From NCBI GenBank assembly GCA_002269645.1, contig NIVC01000827.1, positions 124,001 through 188,000 on the forward strand: 64,000 nucleotides of DNA, in the 5' to 3' direction. Origin of the DNA: Macrostomum lignano. Lineage: Eukaryota. Under the pieces are notes generated by a model, which did not search any database, was not told the origin of the DNA, and worked only from the letters and a program-made list of their open reading frames with translations. A program made the position numbers and the translations under genes. Below are positions 47,820 to 60,317 of this stretch, one piece after another; position 1 is the stretch's first letter, and each line of letters begins with the position of its first letter.

Positions 47820-48710
47820 AACTGGCACTGATGCACAGGCCATAGATAAACAATGGTACTGATGTACAGGCCATAGATAAACAATGGCACTGATGCACTG
47901 GCCATAGATAAACAATGGCACTGATGCACTGGCCATAGATAAACAATGGCACTGATGCACTGGCCATGGATAAACAATGGCAGTGGCACTGGTGCACAGG
48001 CCATAGATAAACAATGGCACTGATGCACTGGCCATAGATAAACAATGGCACTGATGCACTGGCAATAGATAAACAATGGCACTGATGCACTGGCCATAGA
48101 TAAACAATGGCACTGATGCACTGGCCATAGATAAACAATGGCACTGATGCACTGGCCATAGATAAACAATGGTACTGATGCACTGGCCATAGATAAACAA
48201 TGGCACTGATGCACAGGCCATAGATAAACAACTGGCCATACTGATGCACAGGCCATAGATAACCAACTGGCCATAGACACTGATGCACAGGCCATAGATA
48301 AACAATGGCACTGATGCACAGGCCATAGATAAACAATGGCACTGGTGCACTGGCCATAGATAAACAATGACACTGATGCTCTGGCCATAGATAAACAATG
48401 GCACTGATGCACAGGCCATAGATAAACAATGGCACTGGTGCACTGGCCATAGATAAACAATGGCACTGATGCTCTGGCCATAGATAAACAATGACACTGA
48501 TGCACTGGCCATAGATAAACAATGGCACTGGTGCACTGGCCATAGATAAACAATGGCACTGATGCACAGGCCATAGATAAACAATGGCACTGGTGCACTG
48601 GCCATAGATAAACAATGACACTGATGCACTGGCCATAGATAAACAATGGCACTGATGCACAGGCCATAGATAAACAATGGCACTGATGCACTGGCCATAG
48701 ATAAACAATG
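47820..48710. repeat. 31-bp satellite (GGCCATAGATAAACAATGGCACTGATGCACT), about 28 copies
   Basis: Direct reading. Confidence 0.96.
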
Positions 48711-49697
48711 CTTTGGTATGTGTGCAGTGCTCATGTACGGAGGCAGGGGCATGTCCAGAAAGTGCCCAGTGGTTGATGTGCAGCAGTTTGGCCAGAAATT
48801 AATCAACAGTTTTTCATCAGCTTTTTGAGTGAATACTTACAGTTCCGAACCTTTTTAATTGATACTTTCTACTAACAGTAGCACAAGTACGGTATATCTT
48901 GTTTTAATTTATTGTTTTTTACCACTAGACTGGAACATTGGAGCGAAAGTCTCCAGAAGTGACTTTAAACTTCTCTAAAAGATACTCACAGATTCGCGAG
49001 CGCTCATCGCAGTTGTTGAAAATTGCCAAGTATACTGGAATTTATTGATTCATTGCTGCAACAGTTATAATGCTACAACATCAGGAAATTGGACAGAAGT
49101 GTACTAATATTGTCATTGAACTTGAAGACTGCAATTGTTGAGTCTACATTGCTGGGAAAATGCTGTTTTGTTTCTTGCAGCCTTTGCACCATGACCTCCA
49201 ATATAATTGTCCAAGTTGCTCAGTACAAATTCCGCAATGCATAATTATCAGACCATCATTATTATTTATAAAATTGAGCCAATCTGTTTAGTGCGCACAT
49301 CAAACTGTGCAATCCAAAAGCAGATGAATTCAACCTAAACAGGTGCGAATCACAGAGCCTTCAAGCCAATTTAGGATCGAAGCCGAGGATAGAAAAGCCT
49401 AAAAACGCACTGTCAATGTTCTTAGCGTTTACTGAAACCTACGTCGGAAATTTGCTTGCCGCAGGCCAAACAACCTAGCAGCGCAATTTGAATTCATTCG
49501 CGCTGTTACCTTTCTATAATTCGAAGCTCTTTCTATAATAGACAAAGTGGGCCACAGTCTCTACCCTAATGCTAGCAGAGTTTATCTCTCCACTAATAAA
49601 CAAACCGGCCAAAAATTGAAAGTTTATGCGCTAATAAGAGAGAAATTCAACGCTAACATGTTTATCCTGCGCAACTTGACTCTCCTAGAGTTTCAAT

Positions 49698-52600
49698 ATG
49701 GACACGAGACATCTAATAGCAATTTGGCTTACTGCCTTCTTGGTAAGTTAGTGACAGATTTTTTAAGTGATTTTCGTTGTCTTGAAGCAGTTCTCCAACA
49801 AACCCATGATCCATTCATTTCAGTCATTTCAGCCGCTTGCAAGCTCGTCCGCAGCGAGTGGAGCAGTACACGTGAAATTCGACTCGTATCGACAGAGAGA
49901 CCGAGGCAGCTGCGACCGGAGCTTCTTTGGAAGTGACCACTGCGACCCGTACTTTCTCATATCCGTGTCGACGCCAAGGAAAATTCTGGCAACCTTCGTT
50001 TCGTCTGAATACGAGAATGCCCCGACAGTGATTCACTTCGGAGATTTCATCGGCCAGCTTATCAACCCTCTGGAGTTTCACTTCACCGGATCGGATCTGA
50101 AGCCCACTGACAATGTCCAAGTGTCGGTCACTGTCAAGGACAAAGACCCCGGAGAGCATGAGCTCATGTGCAGCTTGCACCGCTCCTACAACGCCGCAGA
50201 GCTCCCATTTTTTGCTAACAACTCAGCAAACAGCCGCTGGTCATCGCACCTTACGGAGATCTCTAGCAATGGCCACATCCTGAAACTGGCTGTCTGGATC
50301 GGGTGCAGGCCGAACTTCTACCAAGCTGCCTGTTCGGTGCACTGCGACCCGTCCAGGTTCGGCTGCAGCCCCAACGGCTCTGCGATCTGCCCTGCAGGCT
50401 ACACGGCTCTCAACGGCAGCTGCGCTCCGTCAGACAAGTGTCTGCGGCAGGGACAGGCCTTCTGCCAGAACGGAGGCAGCTGCTCGGAGGACCTGCAAGG
50501 ACGGCCGGTTTGCCAGTGCCCGATGAACTTCACCGGACCTCACTGTCAGCTGGAGACTCACCCGTGCCATCGCAACGCCACGTGGTGCCGCAACGGAAGC
50601 TGCCAGACTTTCAACAGCAACGGCTCATCGGTGTGCGTCTGCGACAAAGGATTCACTGGCTACCACTGCGACCAGGATGTTGACGAGTGCCGCCTGGTGG
50701 CAGGTCTCTGCGGCTCCTATGGCGACTGCGTGAACACCGTGGGCAGCTTCAGATGCGACTGCAGGAGCGGCTTCTCAGGAGCTGTGTGCCAGTTTCAGCA
50801 AACGCCTTTGATGAAGCGAGAGTCAGCACTGGACGATTCACTTCGACACACGAAAGCTTTTAAAGCCTCGAAAACTACTGCTACTGCAGACTCGTTCGCA
50901 CAGGGCCTTGCACCAACCAAGCTGACAACATTCATAGCTCTACTTAGTGGCTCTACTAAAAAAACTTCGAAAATCAATTATGCCACAACAGCCTCGATTC
51001 CGTCCAGTCTTTCAAAAGCTGTTGCACTGGACAGTTCTGCCACAAAAGTATCTACTGCTGCAAGCACAGCGACTCAATTAGCTAACAGAAATCCCCATAC
51101 TAACGCTGAAGCAACAGTACCTTACAGTTTAGCTACTCATGCTAAGGAGACTTCACACAGAGCCACATCTGCTTATACTGCGATCCCTACAGCTGCTTTC
51201 ACAAAAAAACGTACAACAGCAGTGCCTTCAACAACAACAATTGGAGCAGTACACGTGAAGCTCGACTCGTATCGACAAAGAGACCGAGACAGCTGCGACC
51301 GGAGCTTCTTTGGAAGTGACCACTGCGACCCGTACTTTCTCATCTCCGTGTCGACGCCAAGGAAAATTCTGGCAACCTTCGTTTCGTCTGAATACGACAA
51401 TGCCCCGACAGTGATTCACTTCGGAGATTTCATCGGCCAGCTTATCAACCCTCTGGAGTTTCACTTCACCGGATCGGATCTGAAGCCCACTGACAATGTC
51501 CAAGTGTCGGTCACTGTCAAGGACAAAGACCCTGGAGAGCATGAGCTCATGTGCAGCTTGCACCGCTCCTACAACGCCGCAGAGCTCCCATTTTTTGCTA
51601 ACAACTCAGCAAACAGCCGCTGGTCATCGCACCTTACGGAGATCTCTAGCAATGGCCACATCCTGAAACTGGCTGTCTGGATCGGGTGCAGGCCGAACTT
51701 CTACCAAGCTGCCTGTTCGGTGCACTGCGACCCGTCCAGGTTCGGCTGCAGCCCCAACGGCTCTGCGATCTGCCCTGCAGGCTACACGGCTCTCAACGGC
51801 AGCTGCGCTCCGTCAGACAAGTGTCTGCGGCAGGGACAGGCCTTCTGCCAGAACGGAGGCAGCTGCTCGGAGGACCTGCAAGGACGGCCGGTTTGCCAGT
51901 GCCCGATCAACTTCACCGGACCTCGCTGTCAGCTGAAGACTCACCCGTGCCATCGCAACGCCACGTGGTGCCACAACGGAAGCTTAACAGCATCTCATTC
52001 AATAAAAACCGCTTCAACGAAACCCTTCTCAAATACGTCACCTGCAAATACACATGCGACAAGAACATCTGCGAAAACACCTCCGAAAACACCTGCGAGA
52101 ACAACACATGCGACAACAGCATCTACGACAACAGCACCTGCGACAACAGCATCTGCGACAACAGCACCTGCGACAACAGCACCTGCGACAACAACACCTG
52201 CGACAACTACACCTGCGACAACTACACCTGCGAAAACAATACCTGCGACTACAACACCTGCGACAACTACACCTGCTACAACAACACCTGCGAAAACAAT
52301 ACCTGCGAAAACAACACATGCAACAGCACCTGTGACAACACCTGTGAAAACCACGCGTGCAACAACACCTGCGATAACAATACCTGCGAAAACAACAGTC
52401 TTTTCAAACTCTGTCCCTTCAATAAGTGACAGCTCAAAACCTTCTCCAAGAGCGACGGTCACAGCGGCAGGCGCTACATCGGCGTCAGTAATTAAAGATA
52501 CATCAGAATCCCATCAAATCAACAAGCCAACCCAGATTAAGTTTCGTTTCTCGGCTTTAAATATCAAAGTGGTGAGTAAATTTAAGCAATTTAGCGACGG

Positions 52601-52953
52601 TGCATGACGCTCTGGCTGAGTAAAAATGAAATAGATGCAATATGTATTAAAACATATCGCCCCCATTCAGGTTTCCTTAGTTCTGATGATCACCATCGTT
52701 CTGATGCTGTGCATCATGATTGCAGTTATTGTCGGCTTTATTCTCTACCTAAAGAAGAGTACTTTAAGGCATCCGCTCACTCGGACAGTCAATTATCCCC
52801 TGGACGATCGCGAACAGAATGGGTGAGTGGCTGTGAAGTCTTGCTTATTGTCAAACAAGTTCTGACATTTGTATCTGTGCCACCAGGTTCTGGTCTGTAC
52901 TGTACAGAAATCCGAGGTCGGATACGTCAATCGAGGTTGATGGACGTCGCTGA
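49698..52953 (+). CDS. Delta/Notch-ligand-like type I membrane protein, about 1000 aa: SP-[C2-DSL-EGFx3]-S/T linker-[C2-DSL-EGF]-Thr-rich stalk-TM-short tail; exons 49698-49742, 49833(or 49824)-52571, 52671-52822, 52887-52953 (alternative last exon 53148-53328)
   Basis: Signal peptide MDTRHLIAIWLTAFL|PLASSSAA. C2-like region with HCDPYF. Six-Cys DSL-like CRPNFYQAACSVHCDPSRFGCSPNGSAICPAGYTALNGSC. EGF CQNGGSC and calcium-binding EGF DVDEC..CVNTVGSFRCDC. TM VSLVLMITIVLMLCIMIAVIVGFILYL-KK. Confidence 0.8.
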
Positions 52954-54092
52954 CATGGGTACATTTACAATGCACCGACGTTCAGCCGACGAATGACTTA
53001 GTTATTCCATAAAGTTATTCGTCGGTGTAATGTAGAGGTGCGATGGGTACTTTAAATTACCCTGCATTTTCCATCAACGTCAGGTAACGTCGGCTTACCT
53101 CGGTAGAGCAGGTCAGTCAGGTGTACACGTACTCTGCCAACCCGCAGGCGGCACACGGCGGAGTCGTTGGAGCTGCGCTATGCGAGACCAAACGGCGCCC
53201 AAAGTGCATCGACCGCTGACGCCAGCCAAGCGGCGTCTGTCGCTAACAGGGCCTACCAGTTCCAGCCCAGAGAGTCGTCAAACCGCGAATGGCAGCACAC
53301 GCAGAGCTTCTCCTGGCATCAGGCTTAGCTTTGCTGGCATTCAAAACCCGTGTGCACATTTTATTGGAGGCCTCAACATGGACAACAAGGGTTGGAGGAC
53401 GCAACACTTGGATTTGTGCTGCAAGATGCATTCGCCATGCATGTGGGAAGTTTTGTCTTTTTTAGCATTAAATTCGCAGCATTTTACCTCAGGACCTTCG
53501 AATTATGCAGGGTGCACCAACCAAATCAGCAAAACGGCATTGTATACCTTTTTTATGGTTCAATCGCACCTTTGGCAAACCTTTGGTAAGACCCAATAGG
53601 TAATCTAATTAAGAATGATTCTCATAAATATGAGCTCATTTCGTTCTCACAAGTCTGGGATAATCTCTCCGAGTTTTGGGAAAAACAAGTTTGGCCTTCT
53701 TCTCAAGCCCTGTGTGGAGAGTTTGTGAGCTGGATGTCAACAGCGAGCTGGAGCTGGTTTTGAGCTAAAACAGGCAAATTGATGGGGCAGTTGCATCGGG
53801 GATCGGAAGCTTGTCGAAAAAATGCAGTTTGGCAAAGTACCTATGGTAGAGCTACCAGCGCACATTTGTTAAACCAATTTTGCCGACTTTGGATTTTTCC
53901 GTAGCGCTAAAATGGGGTTTCAAAAGAGACGAATTCCAGGACTGAGATGTTGCGAATTTATCACTAAAAAACTTCAAACTTCCTCTGTCGGCAATGCATT
54001 TCCCTGAGAGAGCCGTTGCTCTCTCAGGGAATCTATATCTATATCTATAAATCAAAAATCTATAAATATAGCCGTTTGATTGGCACCTATTT

Positions 54093-54300
54093 CTCGCCTA
54101 GTGGTCGGACTCACTACGTACTCAAGCGTCGGGGTTTGACTCGGAACGATTTGCGTCCTTAAGCAAGACACTCAACTCTGCATTGCTTCAGTTCACCCAG
54201 CTGTAAAATGGGTGCCAGCATTAGCTGGGGTAATTAACGATGTGTGTGGTGACCCCCCAGTCCTCGGACTGAACAGCCGTACGCAGCCTTCAGACGGTGC
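54093..54300 (+). mobile_element. Degenerate copy of the tRNA-derived SINE
   Basis: Head remnant GCCTAGTGGTCGGACTCAC followed by the same CORE-like body. Confidence 0.75.
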
Positions 54301-54974
54301 GCATTTGCGATGCCTTGAGTTCGGACGCAGCCCCTGACAAACTATATCTCAAAAGCTATGAAGGGGGGTTGTTGCTAGGGGGGGGGTCGGCTCTGCCCTT
54401 GCAGGGGTGGCGGAGTGGGGATTTGAACGCCCTGGTTGCGTTGGATGCAGCCTCCCCTTTTCTGAGCCTCTGCCCTCTGTTCCTCCCCGTCAACGGTGCA
54501 AATTCTTCTGCTCATCTCTGGGAGGGGTCCAGCTCTGTTCAGGTTGTCTCCCGGCCGGCCTGATCTCGTCGGGTTGCTAGGGTGGTGCGCGGCAGTTGTT
54601 GATCGGGCTGTTTCTCCGCGGGCCCGCCCTCCGATTCCGCTCTGGTTGGTGTGCAAAACAAACGAATTGTTTCACCGGAAACCTGACGAAAAAAAACTTG
54701 AACCAGCAGCAGTTTATTTAGCCGGGCACTGGCTAATTCTCTGCTGCAGACAGAGCCATGGACAACAGCCTTAAGTTGAATGCTTAACATCGGTGGGAAT
54801 TCAGTACCGTGTATTTTCTCTATCAGTACCGAGCGCTTCATCTCACAGGTTTCTTTTGCGTTACAAAAAATGTTTCAGTTGGGACAAAAAATTACAGAAT
54901 GTCAAAGTTGTTTAGAAACTGCTTGAGCGCTCGATTTTGTAAGTTGCATCTTCTACTCCATCATGCTGGTGCTG

Positions 54975-57900
54975 CTACAGAAGCAGCATCTCGATCTCCT
55001 TCAACGAGTAGTAGTAGCTAAAATTTAGCCTCCAAATAATTCCCTCTGCAAAGGCACCTCCAATGGCATCAGATGAGTCTTTGTACTCGCCGTTCGGGAG
55101 GGTGAAGTGACATTGGCTAAACCACCAGGCACCTTTATACTTTGTTGCGCAGTTGTCAGTAGCCCTGGTGTCGTGATCAGTGAAATAAAGTCAAGACAAA
55201 ACTTTATTTTGGTTCAATAGCACGAAAAATATTACAGGCTGAAAAGCCTGCTTTATATCGAACTATTGGTTATCGATCGGCATACTCACCGCACCCCCCA
55301 ACCCGCGCTAGCAAGTACATGCAGCGAGAGAGAGAGAGAGAGAGAGAAACCAGAACAACGCAACCTAGCCCCGCCCCCAGCGCGCACGCAGGCCAAGCTA
55401 TCACATCCCTCCATGCCAAGACAAAAGCAACAGAACTGGCAACAAAAAAGAAAAAAAAACCCACAACCCAAAAAAACTATCAGTCACGGTCAGATCAAGT
55501 TCACTCGTAGGTCAGTCGATCCGGTGCCCTTGTAGTCCTCTCCGAACGCCGCAGCAGCGGCGGTGGCGGCAGCGGCGGTGGTGGCAGCGGCGGCAGTGGC
55601 AGCGATTGCGGCGGAGGTGGCGCTTCCAACGTTGTCCCCGACGGAGTCAGAAGCTGTGGCGCCGCCCCACTTGACTGGGCTGATCCTGCCGCTTGCTCAG
55701 GTGGGATGACCGCCGGCACCAGGTGGTCGGCATGCCGCCGCACGATGCGCTCGTCGGGCAGGCGGCACTCGTAGGACAGCGGCCCGGTCTGGCGGCTCAC
55801 GGAGGCCGGCGCCCACTTCTCCGGACCGTTGAAGTCACGCACCAGGACGCCGTCGCCTTCTTCGAAGTTGCGATCCCTGGCTCGCAGGTCGTGGTACTCC
55901 TTTTGCGAGTCTTGGCTGCGCCTGACTGTAGCAGAGACATCGGGCCGCACAATGTCTAGAAGCGTCCGCAGCTGCCTGCCCATCATCAGCTGGCAGGGTG
56001 GAGCACCGGTTGTGCTGTGCGGAGTGACCCGGTAGGTCAGCAGGAACCGAGCTAGCCGAAGCTGCAGGGACGCCGGCCGCCCCTTCGCCAGGGCCGCCTT
56101 CACCGTCTGGACCGCTCGCTCGGCCAATCCGTTGGACGATGGATGATATGGAGCCACTTTGATGTGCCGGATGCCGTTACTGGCCAAGAAGTTGCTCATC
56201 TCTTGGCTCACGAAATTCAGACCGTTGTCGCTCACTACGACCTCTGGCAATCCCAGCTGACTGAAAGTCCTTCTCAGCCGATCGATGGTGGCAGCACTGG
56301 TGGCTGACTGGCAAATGTGGACTTCAATCCATTTGGAATGAGCGTCCACCAGTACTAACAGCATTTTTCCCTCGAATGGTCCAGCGTAGTCCATGTGGAT
56401 CCGGGACCACGGCTTGTCCGGCCACGGCCACGGCCGCAGGAGGGCTGGCGGCGGGCAGTTCTGATGACGCTGGCACTCGCCGCAGTTCTGCGACATCTGC
56501 TCGATGTCCCGGTCCAATCCCGGCCACCAGAAATATCCTCGGGCCAGGGACTTCATCCTTGAAGCTCCTTGGTGGCTCTGATGTAGACAGTCGAGCAGCG
56601 CTTGTCGTCCCTGAACCGGCACAATCACACGGTTGCCCCACAGCAGGCAGCCGTCCTCCAAGCTCAGCTCTGCCGCCCTAACTGCATACGGCTGCAGTTC
56701 CGCATCCAGCCGAGGACGCTCTGGCCATCCACCCTGCACGAACCGCAGCACTCGACTGAGCAGCGGGTCCCGCCTTGTCCAGCCGCGAACCTGAGCAGCC
56801 GTCACGGGTCCCTCATTGAACGCATCGATGAGCAGCACTACCTCAGCCGGTGACGGCGTCTCCACTGACTTGGCAGAGGTATGCGTGGAAGTGCTTGATC
56901 CCAAAAATGATCGCCAGGGCTTCCTTCTCTGTCTGCGAATAGTTCCTCTCGGCGTCGGCGAGTGATCGGGACGCGAAGGCAATCGGCCTTTTAAGGCCAT
57001 CAATGCGGTGGCAGATGACGGCCCCGACACCGTATGGCGAACTATCGCACTCCAGAATCATCTCCTTTTTGACGTCGAAATGGACAAGCGCCTGCGAGCT
57101 CAGCAGCAGCTCCTTACTGCGCCGAAAAGCATCGGACTGCGCTTCGCCCCATCGCCAGACAGTTCCTTTCTCGAGCAGCCGGTGCAGAGGAGCCAGAACA
57201 CTGGACAGGTTCGGCAGAAACCGGCCGTAATAGTTGAGGAGGCCCAAGAAACTGCGCAACTGCGTGACGTCCTTTGGCATCGGCGCGTTAACGATCGCGT
57301 TGACTTTGTCACCCATCGGATGCAGGCCCTGGGCGTCAATCCAATGCCCCAAATAGGTCACCGAATCCTCCATGAAGCGGCACTTGTCAAGCCGGCATTT
57401 CAGCCCAGCATCCTTCAGGCGCTGCAGGACGGTCTCCAGATTCTCGAGTTGCTCAGCGTCATCGGCGGCGGTCACCAACACGTCATCAATAAAGGTTGCC
57501 GTATGCTGTGCGCCTTCCAGCAGGCCGTCCATGGTTCTCAGGAAGATTCCAACTGCTGGTGTGATTCCAAACGGTAGCCTCGTATACCTCAGCAAACCCT
57601 TCGAGGTGTTGATGGTGCACAGGCGCTGAGACTCTTCGTCGAGCGGAAGCTGCATGTATGCCTGGCTGAGGTCCAGCTTGGTGAACTTTTGGCCGCCGGT
57701 GAGCTTGGCGAACAACTCCTCAATCCTTGGCAGCGGGTAGCAGTCCATCTCAACATCCTGGTTTACCGTGCACTTGAAATCCGCGCAGATTCTGACGGAG
57801 CCGTCCGACTTCAGCACCGGCACGATTGGGGACGCATACTACGAATCGGAGACCGGCCGCAGGATGCCCTGCTGAATCTCCCGCTCGAGCTGCTCTTCCA

Positions 57901-60317
57901 CCTTGGACTTCAAGGCGAAAGGTACCTGCCGCGCCTTCGTGAACTTGGGTCGCGCCCCGGGCTTCACTTGCAGTTTCAGAGGGTCACCCGTGTAGCAGCC
58001 GAGGCCACTCGAGAAAACGGGGCTGAACTTCTCTAGCAACTTCTGCACTTGCTGATCCTTTGGAGCCGACGCTTCGGGCAGCTGCTTGACGCTCCCCCAA
58101 TTCAACGGCAGCACAGCCAGCCAGTTCCTACCGATGAGGCTGGAACCGGATCCAGATACCACTAGAAGAGGAAGAAGCTACTTGGCTTTACCTGGAATCT
58201 CTGCAGACACGCTGATCTGACCGAGCACGCTGACCGGCTGTCCGCAGTAGTTCCGCAGTCGAATCGGGGTACGCTCGAGCTCAGGAGCCCCGCCCAGCAG
58301 GTCGTGATAGGCTGTAGCCGATATCAGCGATACCGCCGCGCCCGTGTCGATCTCCATCTGACAGGACACTCCGTTGAGCAGGACCGTGGTGATGTACGGC
58401 GGTACCTTGGCAGCTGCACTGGGCAAGGTGTTCAGGGAGCCGCAGTCTTGGCTTTCCTCCTCCACGGCGGCGACTTGCGACCGCGGCTCAGCTCCAGCCG
58501 AATCCGCGCCTCCTCGACAGGCTGCAGCGGTGTGCCCTATCTGCCGCACTTTAAACAGGCCTTCTTCATGAATGGGCACTTCGCCGCCAGGTGTTTCGCT
58601 GACAGACACCTGTAGCACCTTTTCGCAGGTCGCTGAGTCGTTACCGCATTGGTCTGGCCGACTTGGTCTACCGATGCTGCCGAGGCGGCTTGCGGAGTTC
58701 CTGAGGACGAGCCCTTGACCAAGTTGCAGCCCTTGGTTGCCAGCTCCACCGCCTGGGAGATCGCCAGTGCTCTGTCCAGGTCCAACTCTGTCTCGGACAG
58801 GAGTCTGCGCTGTAAGCGATCATCTTGGATGCCAAGCACCAGACGATCTCTCAGCATGGTGCTCAAGCTGTCACCGAAGTTGCAGTGGACAGCCAAACGC
58901 CGCAGTGCCGCCAGGAAGTCGGCCACGGACTCCGAGCTCTCTCGAACGCGCTGGTAGAAGTGGAACCTTTGCACGATCTCTGACGGCTTTGGGTCCCAGT
59001 GATCGTCAAGCTTTTTGCAGATGTTAGCGAAGGAAGCCTCTGAAGGCTTAACTGGGGCCAGAAGACTGGTGACAAGCCTATAGGTGTCCTTGCCGCACAC
59101 GCTGAGGAATACCGCTCGCTTCTTTTCTTCGCTTTCGATTTCATTTGCAATGAAAACTTGTTCAATGCGCTCCTTGTATTGCGGCCAGTCCTCTGTTTCA
59201 GGCTCAAACGGCCCTATGCTACACAGTGGCCCAGTGGCCATCCTCGTCGCCAGTGAAATAAAGTCAAGACAAAACTTTATTTTGGCCCAAAAGCACGAAA
59301 AACATTACAGGCTAAAAAGCCTGCTTTATATTGAACTATTGGTTATCGATCGGCATACTCACCGCACCCCCCAACCCGCGCTAGCAAGTACATGCAGCGA
59401 GAGAGAGAGAGAGAAACCAAATCAACGCAACCCAGCCCCGCCCCCAGCGCGCACGCAGGCCAAGCTATCACAATCAGCGTCCTTCGTGCTTAACTGCATG
59501 CCGTTGTTCTCGTCGAGGCAGTCCCCGATGCCGGCGCTGCCGGAGAAGCCGGACACGCTCAGCCGGTAGTTGTCCGACTCGGGACCCACGGAGAAGCTGG
59601 AGTACTCGGCCCAGTGCTCAGAGTCGTTCCACGCCTTCATCAGGATCCTCAGCTTCCGAGGACCAGAAGCAGTGAGAGCGTGGAGAGAGTTCAGGCCTGG
59701 GAAGATGCGGACGTCATGGCGGTGTTTGTCATTGAAGTCCGAGTTGGAAAAGAAGCGAATGGAGCAGATCTGGGATGCACTCACCGATCCAGTAGTTTCC
59801 GTCGGGTCCCTCGCCAAACTCGCTCTGGTACTGAGTCCAGTTGCGGTAAAAGTCCACTGAGCCGGACACCCTGTGCTGCACGGTGGTCCAGCAGTCTTTG
59901 CCGGCTGTCTGCAAGGTGACACAACAGGTGTGTCAGCTTTTATGCTCTGCGTAAAAGCGTGGCTGTGATGCTGACACATCAAACTGAGTGACTCACCCAC
60001 ACTCGCTGAGCTCCCTTGTTCGCATTGCGGCACTTCCTGCAGTGGCTCAGGCCCAGGCGACACCTGAAGTGAGTGCACAGGCTGGAGCTCTCGCTATACG
60101 CCACTAGGTGCACAGCGGAGTCGCTGCTCGCTGAAATCGCACATTCAGGGTCACTTCGGACAGGCACTGACCTCACGGCCTCGTAGTCGGAGAGGCTTTC
60201 GTGGCTCGCATGCCACAGCTTAGAGTTGGTGGTGGCTTCAGTCAAGTGATGCGGGACTGTAGCGAGCAGCAGCAGCAGCAGAGCGACTTGACGAGCGTTT
60301 TGGAGCTGCATTTTCAT
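54975..60317 (-). pseudogene. PAN-like + FReD copy C, exon 3 interrupted by a Gypsy element; exons 60317-59997, 59908-59785, 59696-59473 + 55175-54975
   Basis: Removing the element and one TSD copy restores an intact 289-aa frame (..STKDAD|HDTRATDNCATKYKGAWW..YSLKEIEMLLL*). Confidence 0.9.
55181..59472 (-). mobile_element. Ty3/Gypsy (Mag / K02A2.6-like) LTR retrotransposon, 4292 bp, defective; 5' LTR 59472-59254, 3' LTR 55405-55181
   Basis: TG..CA LTRs differing at about 9 sites plus the (GA)n length. 5-bp TSD ATCAG at 55176-55180 and 59473-59477. PBS TGGCGACGAGGATGG is complementary to the tRNA-Ser(GCU) 3' end. Gag with two zinc knuckles, protease IDTGA, RT FIDDVL, RNase H and integrase are present. 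Lesions: frameshift near 58540, TAG stops at 58178 and 57839, and a deletion with frameshift near 56870. Confidence 0.95.

Noticed and set aside
47747-48806. Three Cys-rich ORFs of about 300 aa
   Set aside because: All three frames of a 31-bp satellite.
57839-58180. Programmed read-through at two in-frame TAG codons in Gypsy pol
   Set aside because: They sit at positions normally Glu/Gln within conserved pol sequence and co-occur with a frameshift and an RNase H deletion, so decay is the simpler explanation.
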